Shown here one piece after another: positions 24,799 through 36,731 of a DNA stretch of 64,000 nt. The notes under the pieces were generated by a model that was given only the letters and a program-made list of their open reading frames with translations, did no database searches and was not told the DNA's origin. Where the stretch lies: positions 1 to 64,000 of the forward strand of contig NKIB01012640.1 in assembly GCA_002256025.1 (NCBI GenBank). The letters are read 5' to 3'. This DNA comes from Asterionella formosa. Lineage: Eukaryota. Position 1 is the stretch's first letter; every line of letters begins with the position of its first letter. The translations under genes were made by a program, and so were the position numbers.

Positions 24799-27700
24799 AT
24801 GGCTTCGACAATGCGACGAAAGCAAGGAACTCTTTTGATTGCTGTGATTTTGCTGAGACACCTTTTCGAGCTGTGCAAGGGCTGGTCTCCTCGTGTCAAT
24901 TTGGGAACACCACGGAGCCACCGGAGGACGCGAGTGAAGATGATTTTTCAGAGTTCACTTTCCTCAAACGATATCGCGTTCCAAGAGAATTACATCCAGC
25001 GTGCAGAGTCAGGTCCGACCGTCCTCGATGGCGAGGAGCAAGCAGATTTGCAACGGAAGGCATTCACCCTCGACGATATATCAGAGGAAAATCTAGACCC
25101 TGAGTTGGTCCATCTCTTTCATGCAGCCAAACACATTACCAACGATACAGAGGCTCTCTTTGATGACATCATGGATCATGTGAGGAAGGGAGATAATGCT
25201 TCTGTGGACATGCTACGACCGGCCCTGTTGCTGGCTTCCAAGTGCGGTCGAAGCAAAGAAGCGACGTGGCTCTTTCGACGAATTGACTTTCTCAATTCTG
25301 TTACTATCAAGGATGTGGAGCTCCTCTTTGATTGCTATTGTACAAACTATTCGAGCTTTATCCACAAGGGTTCCCCCTTCTACGCCGAGGCGCTTTTGCG
25401 CCACTTTGAAGCTCAACCAGGAAACCTCAGACCAACAGCAAAAATGTATCGCAACGTCATGCGAGCCTTGTCAGGGCATGGGAGAATAGGGGGAAACGCT
25501 GAGGCCCGAATTCGGGCTGAATCTATTCTCTATCGATTGGAAGCGTTATTTGCCGACGGGGACGTTTCGATGCAACCTTCGTTTTATGACTACGCAGATG
25601 TTGCATGTGGATGGCTTACTTTGGTGCCACGAACAAAGGCAAATATTCTGAGAGCTATCCATCTGTTGCAAAGTGGGACAGAAAATTCGGCGGCCCGAAA
25701 CTTCGAGCACGACGACCAAATCTCGAACCCTTACCCGTTCTTCAAAGCCCTTGATTCATATGCGCGTTGTCCGGAGATGACTTGGAGCCAACGAGCGACG
25801 GCTGCCGACAATCTCTTTGTGTTTTTACTTGAGAAGTATGAATCAGGGGACTTCAAGCTGGAGATACCTGATGCCAAGCATCTTCGAAGTGTTTTGCGAT
25901 ACTGGGGTTCTAGTGATCAGAGTGAAATCGCATGTTTGCGAAGTATTGGGATATTTTACAAAGTTAAAAAGCTGGTGGATAATGGGGTTTTGAAAGCCGG
26001 CAATGTGTATACGTTGGAAACCCTCCTTCGAATGATTGCGACAATCGCAGAGTCACGAAAAATTGGATATGGCGACACAGTCAGAGATGTACTCTTGTTG
26101 ATGGATCTTTCTACCATAAATACAGAAACGGACATTGCCACGGCGGAAAAATTAATTTATCGCGCTGTAAAATATTTGTGTTTCGAGGGCACCAAAGAAA
26201 TGATTATGGTGGCGTATGATTTCATGGATAAGCTGAGGCTACATGAGAAAGGAAAGCTTGCATTCAGTGAAATACAGTGTTTTCAACTGATTGATACTTT
26301 TGCTCGGCGTGAATTGACGGACTGTGGAAACGAAACCATGAATTTGATCGATATGCTAGAAGAATTGCTACCGTCTCCCACGGAACTCGAAAAGCGAGTC
26401 TTGATTTATTCATTGGCCATGATCGCCTTAAAGCGACACCCGGCAAGCTACTCAAGTGATCTAGCCGATCGCCTCCTGAAAGTCATTTTGGATCAATTGG
26501 GAAGCAATTTTCGTAGTGCCTCATGTAATCTCAATCCCATTGATCTACTTGATATTCAAATTATGTCAGAAAGTCCCGAGTCTCACGATAGAGCTGTTCA
26601 GCTTCTTTTTCTGATGGACGATGCCTATGAAAATGGTAATATTATGTTAAATGTCAGGGAAAGTCTCTGGAGAACAGTGCTAGCAAAAGTTTCTCAAAAA
26701 GAAGGAGCGCATACGGCTGCAATGGCTATCTTCCAACGAATTCAACAACGAGACAACAACGGCAAAATAAAATGCCCGCTGACTACTTTCATCTTCGCAG
26801 AGGTGATGAAAGCCTGGATGATTAGTGATGCGCCTAGTCGCATTGAGAATATGGAATTACTGTACGAGACCATGAACGATCTTCACAAATCAGGTGACAA
26901 GTTTGTAGCACCTAACATCGATCATTTAAATATGATCATGAAGGCTTACGCTACCGTTGGTGGTGTTGAGGCCTCGAGAAGGATTGTTGAGCTCTATCAA
27001 GAAGCACATGCACGATTCAAGCAAGGCAATACTGATTTCAAGCCAATACTTGCAACCACACGAGCTTTAACTGATGCACTTCTTTCTTCTGACGAAAAAG
27101 CTTTAGACGATGCAATGAAGATTTTCATGAACATTGAAATCAGTGAAGAGATGACAGAGGAAGTCTCCAAAGTTGTTGAAGCCCTTGTTGACAATGGAAG
27201 AAGCGAGGATGCCACAAACCTCTTCTCACGCCTTCAAGATCAAGGGCTGGGGAATCCAGCACTGTTCAAGCGACTTTTAACAGGTACCAGTGCATCCAGA
27301 AAGACAACAGAAGCTGCAATCAAAGCACCGGACACAAGAGAGAATGAACATGATGAAGCGAATGATGAGATCATGTCGGTCATTGATATCCTTGTTACTT
27401 CAAACAACGCTGACGACTTATCAATGGCCGACTCAATTCTAATAGAAGCAGAGAAGTCGCACCAAGAAAACAGTAATTCTCCAAGACCGTCTTGCGAAGT
27501 TTACAATAGATTGATTACCGCCTTTTCACAGATTGGAAACAATGAGAAGGTAGCTGAACTCGAAACTCGGAAACGTTTCCTCCATAGCTCGGAATTCAAT
27601 GTCAATGGAGTGCATGACGTTGATGATGCAGAAGACAAAAGTTTGTCAAGTGATGAGGAAATCCATTCCGGGTCGGAAATAGATAATGATAAGGAAACGT

Positions 27701-28812
27701 CCGAGAGTTTTCCATATCACGAGGAGACCAATTCAGAGTTGGAAGTCCCAGACGACGATGAGGATTACGATGTTGACGAACCGCACCTTCTCGAGTTGGA
27801 AGAAAACGACGGAGGGCTTGCACGACAAGAACTACTACAGCTGCTAGTGGCAGAACTGGGAGATGAATGTACTTCCGTTACTTCGGAATCCTTTCAAAAG
27901 GCATTTGTTCAAGTTGCCTCGAGAGAACCTCTCCCACTCTTCACTATGCTGGCTTTGATACGACTTGCCGCATCCATTAAAGGTGCTATAGTAGAACGCT
28001 CTCACTTCGAGTTGGCCATGCAAGCCTACCAGAGTGAAGGATCAACTTTGGCTGTCGAGTACGGTTGGTCCCTCTTCAAAATCATGGATCATCTTGCACA
28101 GCAAGGTCGAGAGGATTTGCGACCTACCCATTCATCCTTTGACGACATTATGAAGTGGGCTCGAACCAAAGTTGTGCCATCCGTAGAGATGCAGGCATTA
28201 TTGCTAATGGAAAAACGATTTCTTGGCGGCCGGGATGAATTGAAACCCAATTTGTCGTTTTATAACCAATGTCTGTTCCTACTGGCTCAACAGGGAGCGT
28301 CCGGTGTAGCTCAGTTCCTTCTCGGACACATGATTCAATCCCCGGTTGCCGAAGTTGATGCCATGTCCTTCTATTATGTCCTTAATGCTCTTACGCAAGT
28401 CCCGAATAAAGCTGGTTCCGCTTGGCGTGTCCTGCAACTCATGGCCAACAATGGTTTTTCACCAGACACACGCTGTATTAATCAAGTTCTCAAAGCATGT
28501 AAAATATCTGACAATTACTTTGATGTGGCATTTGCCGTCACAACAAGATTCAATAGCCAGGATCGCCCCGACTCGAGCACTACTTCTTTGCTCTTGGATT
28601 TAATTCTCCAAATGAGAGACTGCAAGGAGCGCAAGAAATTGGCAGTCAAAGTCGTGAGCATGTGTACAAAAAAAGGACTAATTAATCGAGGCTTCCTAGA
28701 GAAACTGTTAACAAATGAAAAGTTGACAAAGCAAACATTGGGTGACGCCTATTTGGGTGATCCTGCTGAGGTCTGGGCAAGACTGCCAGAACGCTGGACT
28801 ACGAACATTTGA
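24799..28812 (+). CDS. Large, probably plastid-targeted pentatricopeptide-repeat-like helical repeat protein
   Basis: Signal peptide ending CKG-WSPR (ASAFAP variant). PPR-like units PTAKMYRNVMRAL, PNIDHLNMIMKAYA, PSCEVYNRLITAFS, PNLSFYNQCLFLLA and PDTRCINQVLKAC; single long exon. Confidence 0.72.
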   Translation: MASTMRRKQGTLLIAVILLRHLFELCKGWSPRVNLGTPRSHRRTRVKMIFQSSLSSNDIAFQENYIQRAESGPTVLDGEEQADLQRKAFTLDDISEENLDPELVHLFHAAKHITNDTEALFDDIMDHVRKGDNASVDMLRPALLLASKCGRSKEATWLFRRIDFLNSVTIKDVELLFDCYCTNYSSFIHKGSPFYAEALLRHFEAQPGNLRPTAKMYRNVMRALSGHGRIGGNAEARIRAESILYRLEALFADGDVSMQPSFYDYADVACGWLTLVPRTKANILRAIHLLQSGTENSAARNFEHDDQISNPYPFFKALDSYARCPEMTWSQRATAADNLFVFLLEKYESGDFKLEIPDAKHLRSVLRYWGSSDQSEIACLRSIGIFYKVKKLVDNGVLKAGNVYTLETLLRMIATIAESRKIGYGDTVRDVLLLMDLSTINTETDIATAEKLIYRAVKYLCFEGTKEMIMVAYDFMDKLRLHEKGKLAFSEIQCFQLIDTFARRELTDCGNETMNLIDMLEELLPSPTELEKRVLIYSLAMIALKRHPASYSSDLADRLLKVILDQLGSNFRSASCNLNPIDLLDIQIMSESPESHDRAVQLLFLMDDAYENGNIMLNVRESLWRTVLAKVSQKEGAHTAAMAIFQRIQQRDNNGKIKCPLTTFIFAEVMKAWMISDAPSRIENMELLYETMNDLHKSGDKFVAPNIDHLNMIMKAYATVGGVEASRRIVELYQEAHARFKQGNTDFKPILATTRALTDALLSSDEKALDDAMKIFMNIEISEEMTEEVSKVVEALVDNGRSEDATNLFSRLQDQGLGNPALFKRLLTGTSASRKTTEAAIKAPDTRENEHDEANDEIMSVIDILVTSNNADDLSMADSILIEAEKSHQENSNSPRPSCEVYNRLITAFSQIGNNEKVAELETRKRFLHSSEFNVNGVHDVDDAEDKSLSSDEEIHSGSEIDNDKETSESFPYHEETNSELEVPDDDEDYDVDEPHLLELEENDGGLARQELLQLLVAELGDECTSVTSESFQKAFVQVASREPLPLFTMLALIRLAASIKGAIVERSHFELAMQAYQSEGSTLAVEYGWSLFKIMDHLAQQGREDLRPTHSSFDDIMKWARTKVVPSVEMQALLLMEKRFLGGRDELKPNLSFYNQCLFLLAQQGASGVAQFLLGHMIQSPVAEVDAMSFYYVLNALTQVPNKAGSAWRVLQLMANNGFSPDTRCINQVLKACKISDNYFDVAFAVTTRFNSQDRPDSSTTSLLLDLILQMRDCKERKKLAVKVVSMCTKKGLINRGFLEKLLTNEKLTKQTLGDAYLGDPAEVWARLPERWTTNI

Positions 28813-28898
28813 GGCTCATGGATGACAATTGCTACTAACTGCTAAAATTATATAGAAATGTTTTCCTAGTTATTTTAAACAAATATAGCAAGGTCATT

Positions 28899-30164
28899 TC
28901 ATTTCACTGTGTGCTTGCAAATCGGACAAGATCCATTGGTTCGCAACCATCTGTCTATGCATTCTTCATGAAATCCGTGCAAACACGGCAATGTTTTGCG
29001 CGAACATCCCACAACAAATGCATCCAAACAAATGCTGCACTCACGGACAGCCGGAGGCAACTCTTTTTCAACACATGTAATAGTCTTCGATGGGAGCTGT
29101 GAAATAACGCCTTCGTCAGTGCCACGATTTTCAGATCCATCTCCAAAAGTAGCGAGGAGTTGTTCATACGACATGCTATCAATATTTAGACCTTCGCCAC
29201 GGTTCGAAGCATTGGCCGTTAAGAATGCCATCAACGGATTTTCATTGGCAGGTCCCGCTATGCGGATTGTTGGTGCATTCGATCGCTGCAAGAAAGTAAC
29301 TCCCCTGCCTCCTGATGTTGTTGAAATGACTCTAATTGACGGCCTCGGCTGTGCTCTCTGCGTCCGTGCAGCATTTCGTTCCATACTTGGATAGGCTGGG
29401 TAACCGTACGCGGCTGATGATCTCGTGGATGTCACATGACTATTATCTATGTTTGTGCTGTTAGGTCGTTGTGTTCCTGCAGGCGATACAAGTGACCCAT
29501 GGACCATGGCCCCACCAACAGCACCAGTCAGGGCGCCTTCAAAGATGGCTCCGCCGACGGGACGTCCTTGTAACAAGGCTCCGGCACTGCCGATTAGTCC
29601 ACCCAAAATGGCACCCCCGCTTACAAACGAGATTGGACTTGGTGGTGGCTGCAGTTGGTTCGCGAAATCGTGATTAAGCAATTGTTCGGTTCGGGTCATT
29701 TCTGCAGGGCGCATGGTCTGATCTGCGCTAGCTGTGGCACTTGCAACAGCAGAAATGTCATGATTGTGATACATGCAAGCGTTGCATCGTTGTTCGTTCC
29801 TAGGGTTCCATAACGTGCATTGAGGACAAGCCCATCGATGGCTGTTACTGTCTGGCGTGTCGCAAGATAAATCAACAACGTCAGTGACACTAATCAGATC
29901 ACGATCATCCGTTTGCCGCCTATCCTGATGAGGCCGTTGACGGCGCGGGGAGTGGGATTGCTCCAGTGCCGGCATGAGTGCTATCTCATCCTCAATGACA
30001 ATGGTGTCATTGCCTCCATTTGGCGGTTCATTGCTTGTTGACCCAGCTCTAGCTGAACAGTTCGCCACCTGATGAATCAACATATTCAGCGCCGGGACCA
30101 TGTGGCCGCAAATATTGCAACGCTCCATGGCAATCACATCAGGTGATTCCGTGTGCCTGGACAT
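28899..30164 (-). CDS. RING-H2 E3 ubiquitin ligase with an N-terminal UBZ-like finger and a RanBP2/NZF zinc finger
   Basis: CNICGHMVPALNMLIHQVANC; WACPQCTLWNPRNEQRCNAC; DSMSYEQLL; CSICLD...LPCLHGFHEECIDRWLRTNGSCPIC. Confidence 0.9.
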   Translation of the reverse strand: MSRHTESPDVIAMERCNICGHMVPALNMLIHQVANCSARAGSTSNEPPNGGNDTIVIEDEIALMPALEQSHSPRRQRPHQDRRQTDDRDLISVTDVVDLSCDTPDSNSHRWACPQCTLWNPRNEQRCNACMYHNHDISAVASATASADQTMRPAEMTRTEQLLNHDFANQLQPPPSPISFVSGGAILGGLIGSAGALLQGRPVGGAIFEGALTGAVGGAMVHGSLVSPAGTQRPNSTNIDNSHVTSTRSSAAYGYPAYPSMERNAARTQRAQPRPSIRVISTTSGGRGVTFLQRSNAPTIRIAGPANENPLMAFLTANASNRGEGLNIDSMSYEQLLATFGDGSENRGTDEGVISQLPSKTITCVEKELPPAVRECSICLDAFVVGCSRKTLPCLHGFHEECIDRWLRTNGSCPICKHTVK

Positions 30165-30701
30165 GATTGGATTTCGAAAGAAATTGGCTGTGAATTTGTT
30201 ATTTGCTTTTTACTGTTTGATATTTGACTATGAAGAAATGGACCACGACTGCGTTCGTTTTATGAGCGATGGCTGAAACATGAGACCCACACATAATAAC
30301 GAAGGAAGCAGCAAAACGCTTTGTTCTCTTCATGACTCTTTTTTGCATACCGGTACTGGTACTAGTCTAGTACGGAGAACAGGTGTATAAGAATACCAGT
30401 ATTCATTTGTGCATGTCTCTACAAACTCAAATCGCCACGGCAGTATTTTTGACGAGGTACCGGTATATGCCAAATGCATACAGCGTTGAAGACAAGTCGT
30501 ACTGTAATGGAAAATGAACCCGGTAAGTAACTCAAATTTATCTACCGGTACCGGTACTAAATTGTTTCGTACATGTCAAGTGTCCATGTGATCATGTACT
30601 CATAGAAAGCAAAATCCCCAAGGAAATGGAAGTAAGAATAGTATACCGCCACGTACCTTAACATTTTATATTGTGTATCATAAAATGATATATTTCATTA
30701 T

Positions 30702-30838
30702 TAGGAAAAAGAGATTTCGTCCCCCTATCCCTAACACCAACCCCTTACCCTTCTCTTCAGATGCCACCATGGAGGAGTCTGGGGTCAGGGTTAGGGGGAC
30801 GAAATATTGATATAGTGGGAAGAAATATCTTTTTCCTA
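30702..30838. repeat. Inverted repeat or hairpin with telomere-like CCCTAA/TTAGGG words (possible MITE remnant)
   Basis: 30714-30738 pairs with 30781-30805 (22/25); 30702-30718 pairs with 30822-30838 (16/17). Confidence 0.7.
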
Positions 30839-32044
30839 TAAAAATGTAATAAAATTCTATTAGACTTCTTTACTTCCCCGTAGCTATATTAGACTACCAG
30901 TATATACTACTTAGATCAGGAGCAAAGAAACCTTGAAGCAATATATGCTCAATAAATATAATGGCAATCTGTGCAGCCATGATCAAAGTTAGTGCCCAAA
31001 CATCCAATGTGAATGGATCAAAAAACCAGCTAGGAAAGAATGCCTTAGAAATTTTAACGGAGAATACACTGTAGTAGACTAGCTAACATCCCACCCAAGC
31101 AACGAGAGGCAACAAGGGCAAGTCTAGGAAAAATCGGGTACAGCCAAAACTCCACAAGAAAGAGCTATCTATATGGTGGACATAACCATTGAGCAGGGAA
31201 TGAGGGAAGAAGACAGTCTACTTTTCACCAGTTTTTCACACACCATTTTTGCAATCAATGCGGTGGTAAAACTTGTGAAATCTCCCATTGATATGTCCAA
31301 ATAAATTTAGCCGGGAAATTAAAACCCAGAAATGCAGATTCCATACCACCTTACTCCTGCCAACAAGAGGAGAGTTTATTGAAAGGCACAACCTACAATA
31401 TTAACACGGAATCATGTTCTTTGGCAGCAATACAGCAATGAAGGAAAGGAAAAATGGTGGTCGTATCAATATTTGCAACTGAAGGAGTCAGGGTCTGCCC
31501 ACAACCTGCTCCACTTGAAATTTGTTTAAAAATACAAAAAACCTCAGTCATAAACATTGATAGCAGAATGCGCAAAACTCAGGAGATTCAGCAGAATGCA
31601 AAAGAATAATACATGGTGTTTCCAGTGGACTTCCCTTGACAGTCAGAACCAACACATGAAGAGAAGGCAGACTAGAAATCGGCAATTCTATGGAAATTTC
31701 TAGTTTTCCAAAGAGAGAAACAAACACGAAAGTTTAAAATCAAAAGGAATAGCAACAAGAACTAAGGTAAACCAACCATGATTCATTCTCAGTTGTTACA
31801 TTACATAAGGAATTAATTGCATTGGTCTCTTTGCAAAGTAGCACATTATTCCATTCAAGAACACTTGTTCTTTGGTCTTGAACGGCATGACAACAATGAT
31901 CTCGTCACTTCCCTCCAGGTAATGTCATGATGCGCAATGGCTCAGTGTCCATTCTTGGATTGAGGACACGAATTGCAGCTTTGGTTCAACACAAAGTACA
32001 TTCAATCACCTTCCGCCACCAAATGAGAAAATATGAGCATCATC

Positions 32045-34561
32045 TCATGTGCTTATACCGTTGCCGTTTGTCATGTGTGCGTTGCGCCCTCGCAGCAGCG
32101 AATCTGACAGTGAACCCGGCAGCAAGTCTTCACGAGTAATGATTCCAACAACTTGATTGTGGTGATTCACGACTACTAAAGAGCGAAGCCCTAGTGTCCG
32201 AAAGAGGCGGTATGTTCTCTGAATCGATGCGGTCTCGTTGACAGTATAAGGAGCTGTGTTGGCGTATGGTCTAAGATCCACCCAGCAATTCCGATCAATG
32301 GAACGCATTTCGACGTCAGTGATTCTAGGATATCTTGGATAGGCACGTTCAATAGTATCCCATTGGACAAGGGGACTGAGACGCCTGGGTCCCAGTGATT
32401 CACATCCATCATATTCTTCTAAAAGATCTGGGTTTCCAAAGGCTCTACGCTGTAGCAACGTACATAGAATTGATCGACTGGCAGTTCCATATAGAGTACC
32501 CCCACTGGCAACATCAACGATAGGGAACGTGCCATGCTTGCAGCTTCTCAGCAAATCATAGACAACACCGGCACGCTCGACAGGTCGAAGGCACTTCACT
32601 TCTGTGCTCATTACTTGACCAGCTACAATCTCGTGTCGCTCCGCGATCGGCGGGACTTCTGCTTCCAAGAAAGGAATATTCTTCAGCTTTATATGGATAT
32701 CGTAGAGACCATCGTTAAAAACATTACCAGTGAATCGAGCGGCCATTAGGGTAAGCATGAGTGGCAGAACATATTGCATGTCTCCAGTAGCTTCTAGTAG
32801 GATAACAGTGAGAGAGATGGTCATTCTGGCCATTCCGCCAAGTACAGCGGCAGCACCCATCAGGGCATAGGTGCCACTATCGGCAAAGGTCCCATTTGTA
32901 TGATCTAGCTTGTGAAGTAAGTGACCACATAGACGTCCGAAAGCAGCACCAGAGAGAAGAGATGGAACAAATAATCCACTTGGGACAGCAATGCCATACA
33001 CAACACTGGCCATAGTTATGTATGGAACAAAAAATAGAAAAAGGGCGGCAGACGAGAAGGTGGCTGGATCGTCTGCCCCAGATTCCCGGAAATGGAAAAG
33101 CTGCTTAATGGCAGTGTCAGCCTCAGTAAAGATAAGACTGGCAACTTCGTTGTATTCTTTTCCGGGCTGGCAGTTGAATGGTACCAAAGCATCCACGAGA
33201 TTCTTTTCTTGTTTGCTCCAGTCTTGCATATCTGTTGGCAACTCCGTACATCTATTCCAAAGCAAGGGCATAACAAACGAAACGGTGCTCACGACCAGAG
33301 AAACAACAATCACTTCAGTGAGGCGCTTCGCTTTCGAGTGGTTAATTCGCTTCATTCGCCAGATTGTCAAATTCTCATTGGCCGCATTGAAGACAGCTCC
33401 AATCAACCCACCAAGACATCCAAGAATCATGAATAGAGAGAGCTCCCAAATCGAAAAGTTTGACGATCCCCCACTTATGCTGTTGAATTCCCCAAAACTG
33501 AACAACTTTTCAACGTTTGCTTGTCCCCACCACGAGTCAAAGTTACGAACAGCAAATAGAGTTCCAAGAGTGCACATGGCGCAAAAGAAAGCTCTCCATG
33601 TCAATTTCGTACTCCAATAGGAAGCTCCTTCTTCCAATGAGAACAAAACGCCACCGATGGGAGCACCGAATGCGGATGCAACACCAGCAGCTGCCCCACA
33701 CGCAACAAAATCCCTTTTTTCTCTGTCATTTCGAAAGTCACTAAACTTGCTGAACGACGTGTCCACTCCCATGAATGTGGTTTTTCCTTGTGAAATGCTT
33801 GCCGCAACCACAGCTCCTGAGTGCACCATGGGACCTTCCTTTCCTACTGGTAGTCCGGCAGCGACACTAAAAGTGATCCCAATCACTTTGCAAAAGAGCG
33901 TCTTGATCCGTACAACCCTAGGCAAGTCAATTCCGTTCAAGAAGCATTTAATTTCGGGTATACCGGATCCAGCAGAAACAGGTTCCACGTACACAAAGAG
34001 GCTGGCTATGATGGCAAAAAGTGTTTGATAGAAAAGGAAGGCCAGAAAAGCGGATCCTCCGAAGGATTGGGGTTTCTGACTGGACTCTAATCCATCAGTT
34101 CCTGTAGCATGATCATCGTTCATCAATAAATCATCCTCTGCGTTGGGCGCTGTAGCGGCGGTGTTGAAATTGTAGCGTGCCGCCAACAGGCCATACACCG
34201 TCTCAAACTTGTACCTCGAAAGCGACTTGGTTGCGAAATTGCAAAAAGTGGCAACAAGCGCTTGACTGACGCCAATCAAAAAAGTTAATACCCATCGTTT
34301 CAAAGCTCGCTTCTTACTTGTTGTCCACCACTGCCCTCTATTGGTAAAATGCAGCTGAGCGACATAGGCTCTCCAGACTTCTGATTCGTCCGGTTCGTAA
34401 TTGTGTGACTGAACAGTATCTTCCTTGTTGAGGGGCTGATAGCGGCCACCTCCGTATCCATCTCCTCGGAGTGACGTGCCGCCATCTTTGTACATATCTT
34501 CATTCAGGGGATCTTCAAAATAAGGCGGCATTGGTGAGGGGTTCACGCAATCTTCGTCCAT
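32045..34561 (-). CDS. CLC-family Cl-/H+ antiporter (CLC-6/7, plant CLC-d-like) with C-terminal CBS domains
   Basis: GSGIPE, GKEGPMVH (gating Glu), LFSLEEG (proton Glu), PSGLFVP and GLYD, plus a CBS pair; start MDEDCV at 34561. Confidence 0.95.
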   Translation of the reverse strand: MDEDCVNPSPMPPYFEDPLNEDMYKDGGTSLRGDGYGGGRYQPLNKEDTVQSHNYEPDESEVWRAYVAQLHFTNRGQWWTTSKKRALKRWVLTFLIGVSQALVATFCNFATKSLSRYKFETVYGLLAARYNFNTAATAPNAEDDLLMNDDHATGTDGLESSQKPQSFGGSAFLAFLFYQTLFAIIASLFVYVEPVSAGSGIPEIKCFLNGIDLPRVVRIKTLFCKVIGITFSVAAGLPVGKEGPMVHSGAVVAASISQGKTTFMGVDTSFSKFSDFRNDREKRDFVACGAAAGVASAFGAPIGGVLFSLEEGASYWSTKLTWRAFFCAMCTLGTLFAVRNFDSWWGQANVEKLFSFGEFNSISGGSSNFSIWELSLFMILGCLGGLIGAVFNAANENLTIWRMKRINHSKAKRLTEVIVVSLVVSTVSFVMPLLWNRCTELPTDMQDWSKQEKNLVDALVPFNCQPGKEYNEVASLIFTEADTAIKQLFHFRESGADDPATFSSAALFLFFVPYITMASVVYGIAVPSGLFVPSLLSGAAFGRLCGHLLHKLDHTNGTFADSGTYALMGAAAVLGGMARMTISLTVILLEATGDMQYVLPLMLTLMAARFTGNVFNDGLYDIHIKLKNIPFLEAEVPPIAERHEIVAGQVMSTEVKCLRPVERAGVVYDLLRSCKHGTFPIVDVASGGTLYGTASRSILCTLLQRRAFGNPDLLEEYDGCESLGPRRLSPLVQWDTIERAYPRYPRITDVEMRSIDRNCWVDLRPYANTAPYTVNETASIQRTYRLFRTLGLRSLVVVNHHNQVVGIITREDLLPGSLSDSLLRGRNAHMTNGNGIST

Positions 34562-34814
34562 GGTCGCTGTCGTAGTTTGTTGCACGAGGATTGGACGGGC
34601 AGGAAGCGAGATGTGTGCCTGAGTTCTGAGAAACGAAATGTAAAAAGCAAGGTGTCAGCCAACATGCGCATGGACGATGGATTGCTCTTGTAGGACCAGA
34701 CATGGCGAGTTTGAAGTCCAAAGTAATCGAATGCTGCGGCGCGAACATTCGGAACGAAACCAACCATCCCCGAGCATTATTTGCTGAGATAGAAGCACTT
34801 GTTTCCTTCGACAG

Positions 34815-35380
34815 TACCGGTACTCTCTCCTTACCTCCTAATGATGCTGTAGTATGTATGACTGTGGGAACTCAATACATGCAAGCACCCCTCAATAGCT
34901 ACCGGTATGCGTACATAGATATTTATGTAGTGTGAACAACCAACAAATTAATAGAAGGGAAACAACACACCGACTGAAGCAAGGAGCGGAGGAACACACC
35001 ATGAGAAGATTTTGGTGCGTGTTATACCGGTACATGGATGTCCAATACGTAAAACCAGCGGTCGTCTCTATCATGATGGTATTCCAATTCTAACTGTATT
35101 TACCGGTAGTTTAGACGGCAGTACTACCGTATGTTCTGTTAATTACCACCGGTATGTGCCAATCCGGGTATCATATGGTGCATACAGTAGGAGCAAGAAT
35201 AAATTCTTGAAAACAGAGGGTTCTCACTAGCAATGCATGGCTGTTTTTCTTGCTTCCTTTGCTTTTGTCATCCTGTACGGGTACTACCGGTATGTACATT
35301 TGTACATCCGAGAGTACTCTAATATGTAGGTATGTGTAGAGTAAAGAGTACCAGGTACCACCAGGTACCTGGCACCAGGT
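34815..35380. repeat. Dispersed TA-spacer units in the CLC / Lon-N divergent promoter
   Basis: TACCGGTA at ~34816, 34900, 35025, 35101 and 35285; TACCAGGTACC...AGGTACCTGG at ~35349-35372. Confidence 0.8.
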
Positions 35381-35534
35381 TCTGTACATATACACGACGA
35401 GATCACATGTGTCATCACTGAAGTGATTGTCACACGATTCTCAATCGTTAAGAAAAAATGAAAAAACTATGCGATCCTACTTTCTCAGAACAATAAAGTG
35501 GAAGGAACTACCGGTACAAGAAGCTTTGAACAAC

Positions 35535-36395
35535 ATGAGGACCTTGAAGCTCGTTGCTTCAACTCTATTATTCCTTGATGCTAGTCGTGTAGGTGCATGG
35601 GTGTCTCCCAATCAGTGCAGAAGGCATGACATCAACCTATCCCTGAACAATGACCAGAATTCTGACAGTGGCAGCAATTTTCTTACCGCATACGATCTGG
35701 CAAGACTCCGGGATCTCAGAGATAGGCACAAGACTATTCCCATCATGATCCTTGATGCGATGCTGCCAAATCAAGTGCTGGAGTTTGGTTCTAAGGATCC
35801 AAAATTCAAACAGATGCTTGATTACGTTATCCACTCCGATGAAGAGACATTTGGTATGATGGGGTTGAATCCTCATACCGGGAAACCCTTAAATATTGGA
35901 GTCACATTGAGGATTCAGCAGGTTAAGCAACAAGCAGGCGTCTGGATTGCTTCTGTTAAAGGAGATCGACGATTTGAAGTTCAAGGCGAGCCTTGGCTGG
36001 ACGACACCGACAACTTCTACATGGCGGATGTTGAGTTTGTTGATACTCGCGAAGAAGTCAGCCTCGACGATGAACAAAAGAAGCATGCAAATCGAATGCA
36101 CTTGGATATTCCAAAGTTGGTTTCGCAATGGATGGACTGTGTCTATGAAAGTGGCAAGACAGACAGGGATGGTATGGCTAGGCGCTTGAAGGATATAGGT
36201 GAGATGCCGACCAACTTGAGAGATCGCGCCTTTTGGACAGCTGCTTTATTGAATCCGTTGCCAACTTTGGGTGTCTGTTTGGAGATTAGACCAGCCATGT
36301 TGGCTTGCAAGAACGACTATGATAGAATCAACCTTGCATGGGCTGGATTGCATTCCAGTATTGATCACCTCTCGGGAAAGAAGAGATTATTTTGA
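35535..36395 (+). CDS. Probably plastid-targeted Lon protease N-terminal (LON substrate-binding, PUA-like) domain protein
   Basis: Signal ending VGA-WVSP; IPIMILDAMLPNQVL, FGMMG, VKGDRRFEV and YMADVEF; no AAA or protease domain. Confidence 0.75.
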   Translation: MRTLKLVASTLLFLDASRVGAWVSPNQCRRHDINLSLNNDQNSDSGSNFLTAYDLARLRDLRDRHKTIPIMILDAMLPNQVLEFGSKDPKFKQMLDYVIHSDEETFGMMGLNPHTGKPLNIGVTLRIQQVKQQAGVWIASVKGDRRFEVQGEPWLDDTDNFYMADVEFVDTREEVSLDDEQKKHANRMHLDIPKLVSQWMDCVYESGKTDRDGMARRLKDIGEMPTNLRDRAFWTAALLNPLPTLGVCLEIRPAMLACKNDYDRINLAWAGLHSSIDHLSGKKRLF

Positions 36396-36731
36396 GAGGA
36401 ACGTTCACAGGATTCTTTTCAGTTCAAAATCATGATGTCCAACCTGAACAAAAAAGTAAACGCAAACCATGAAGAACTGAAACAATCTGATACATTATCA
36501 CTTGAGCTTTGTACACTAGTTGTGGAGAACAATGCACTCTCGTTCACAACATCGAACGAGCACCACACATAAAACAAGACGCACATAGTCCCACTAGTTG
36601 AACCGCAAATATTTTTATGTAGATTTATTAATGCCATTATACCCCCAGAAGAAAGGGTGCTACACATCAAAACATATCAACAATGAAGACAGAAAAGTTG
36701 CAGGTAAAACGAATTCGTGTCCTCCACTACA

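Noticed and set aside
30900..31750. Possible retroelement remnant (A-rich + strand); likewise 60300-61500
   Set aside because: Probably decayed TE sequence, but I could read no diagnostic RT, endonuclease or transposase motif.
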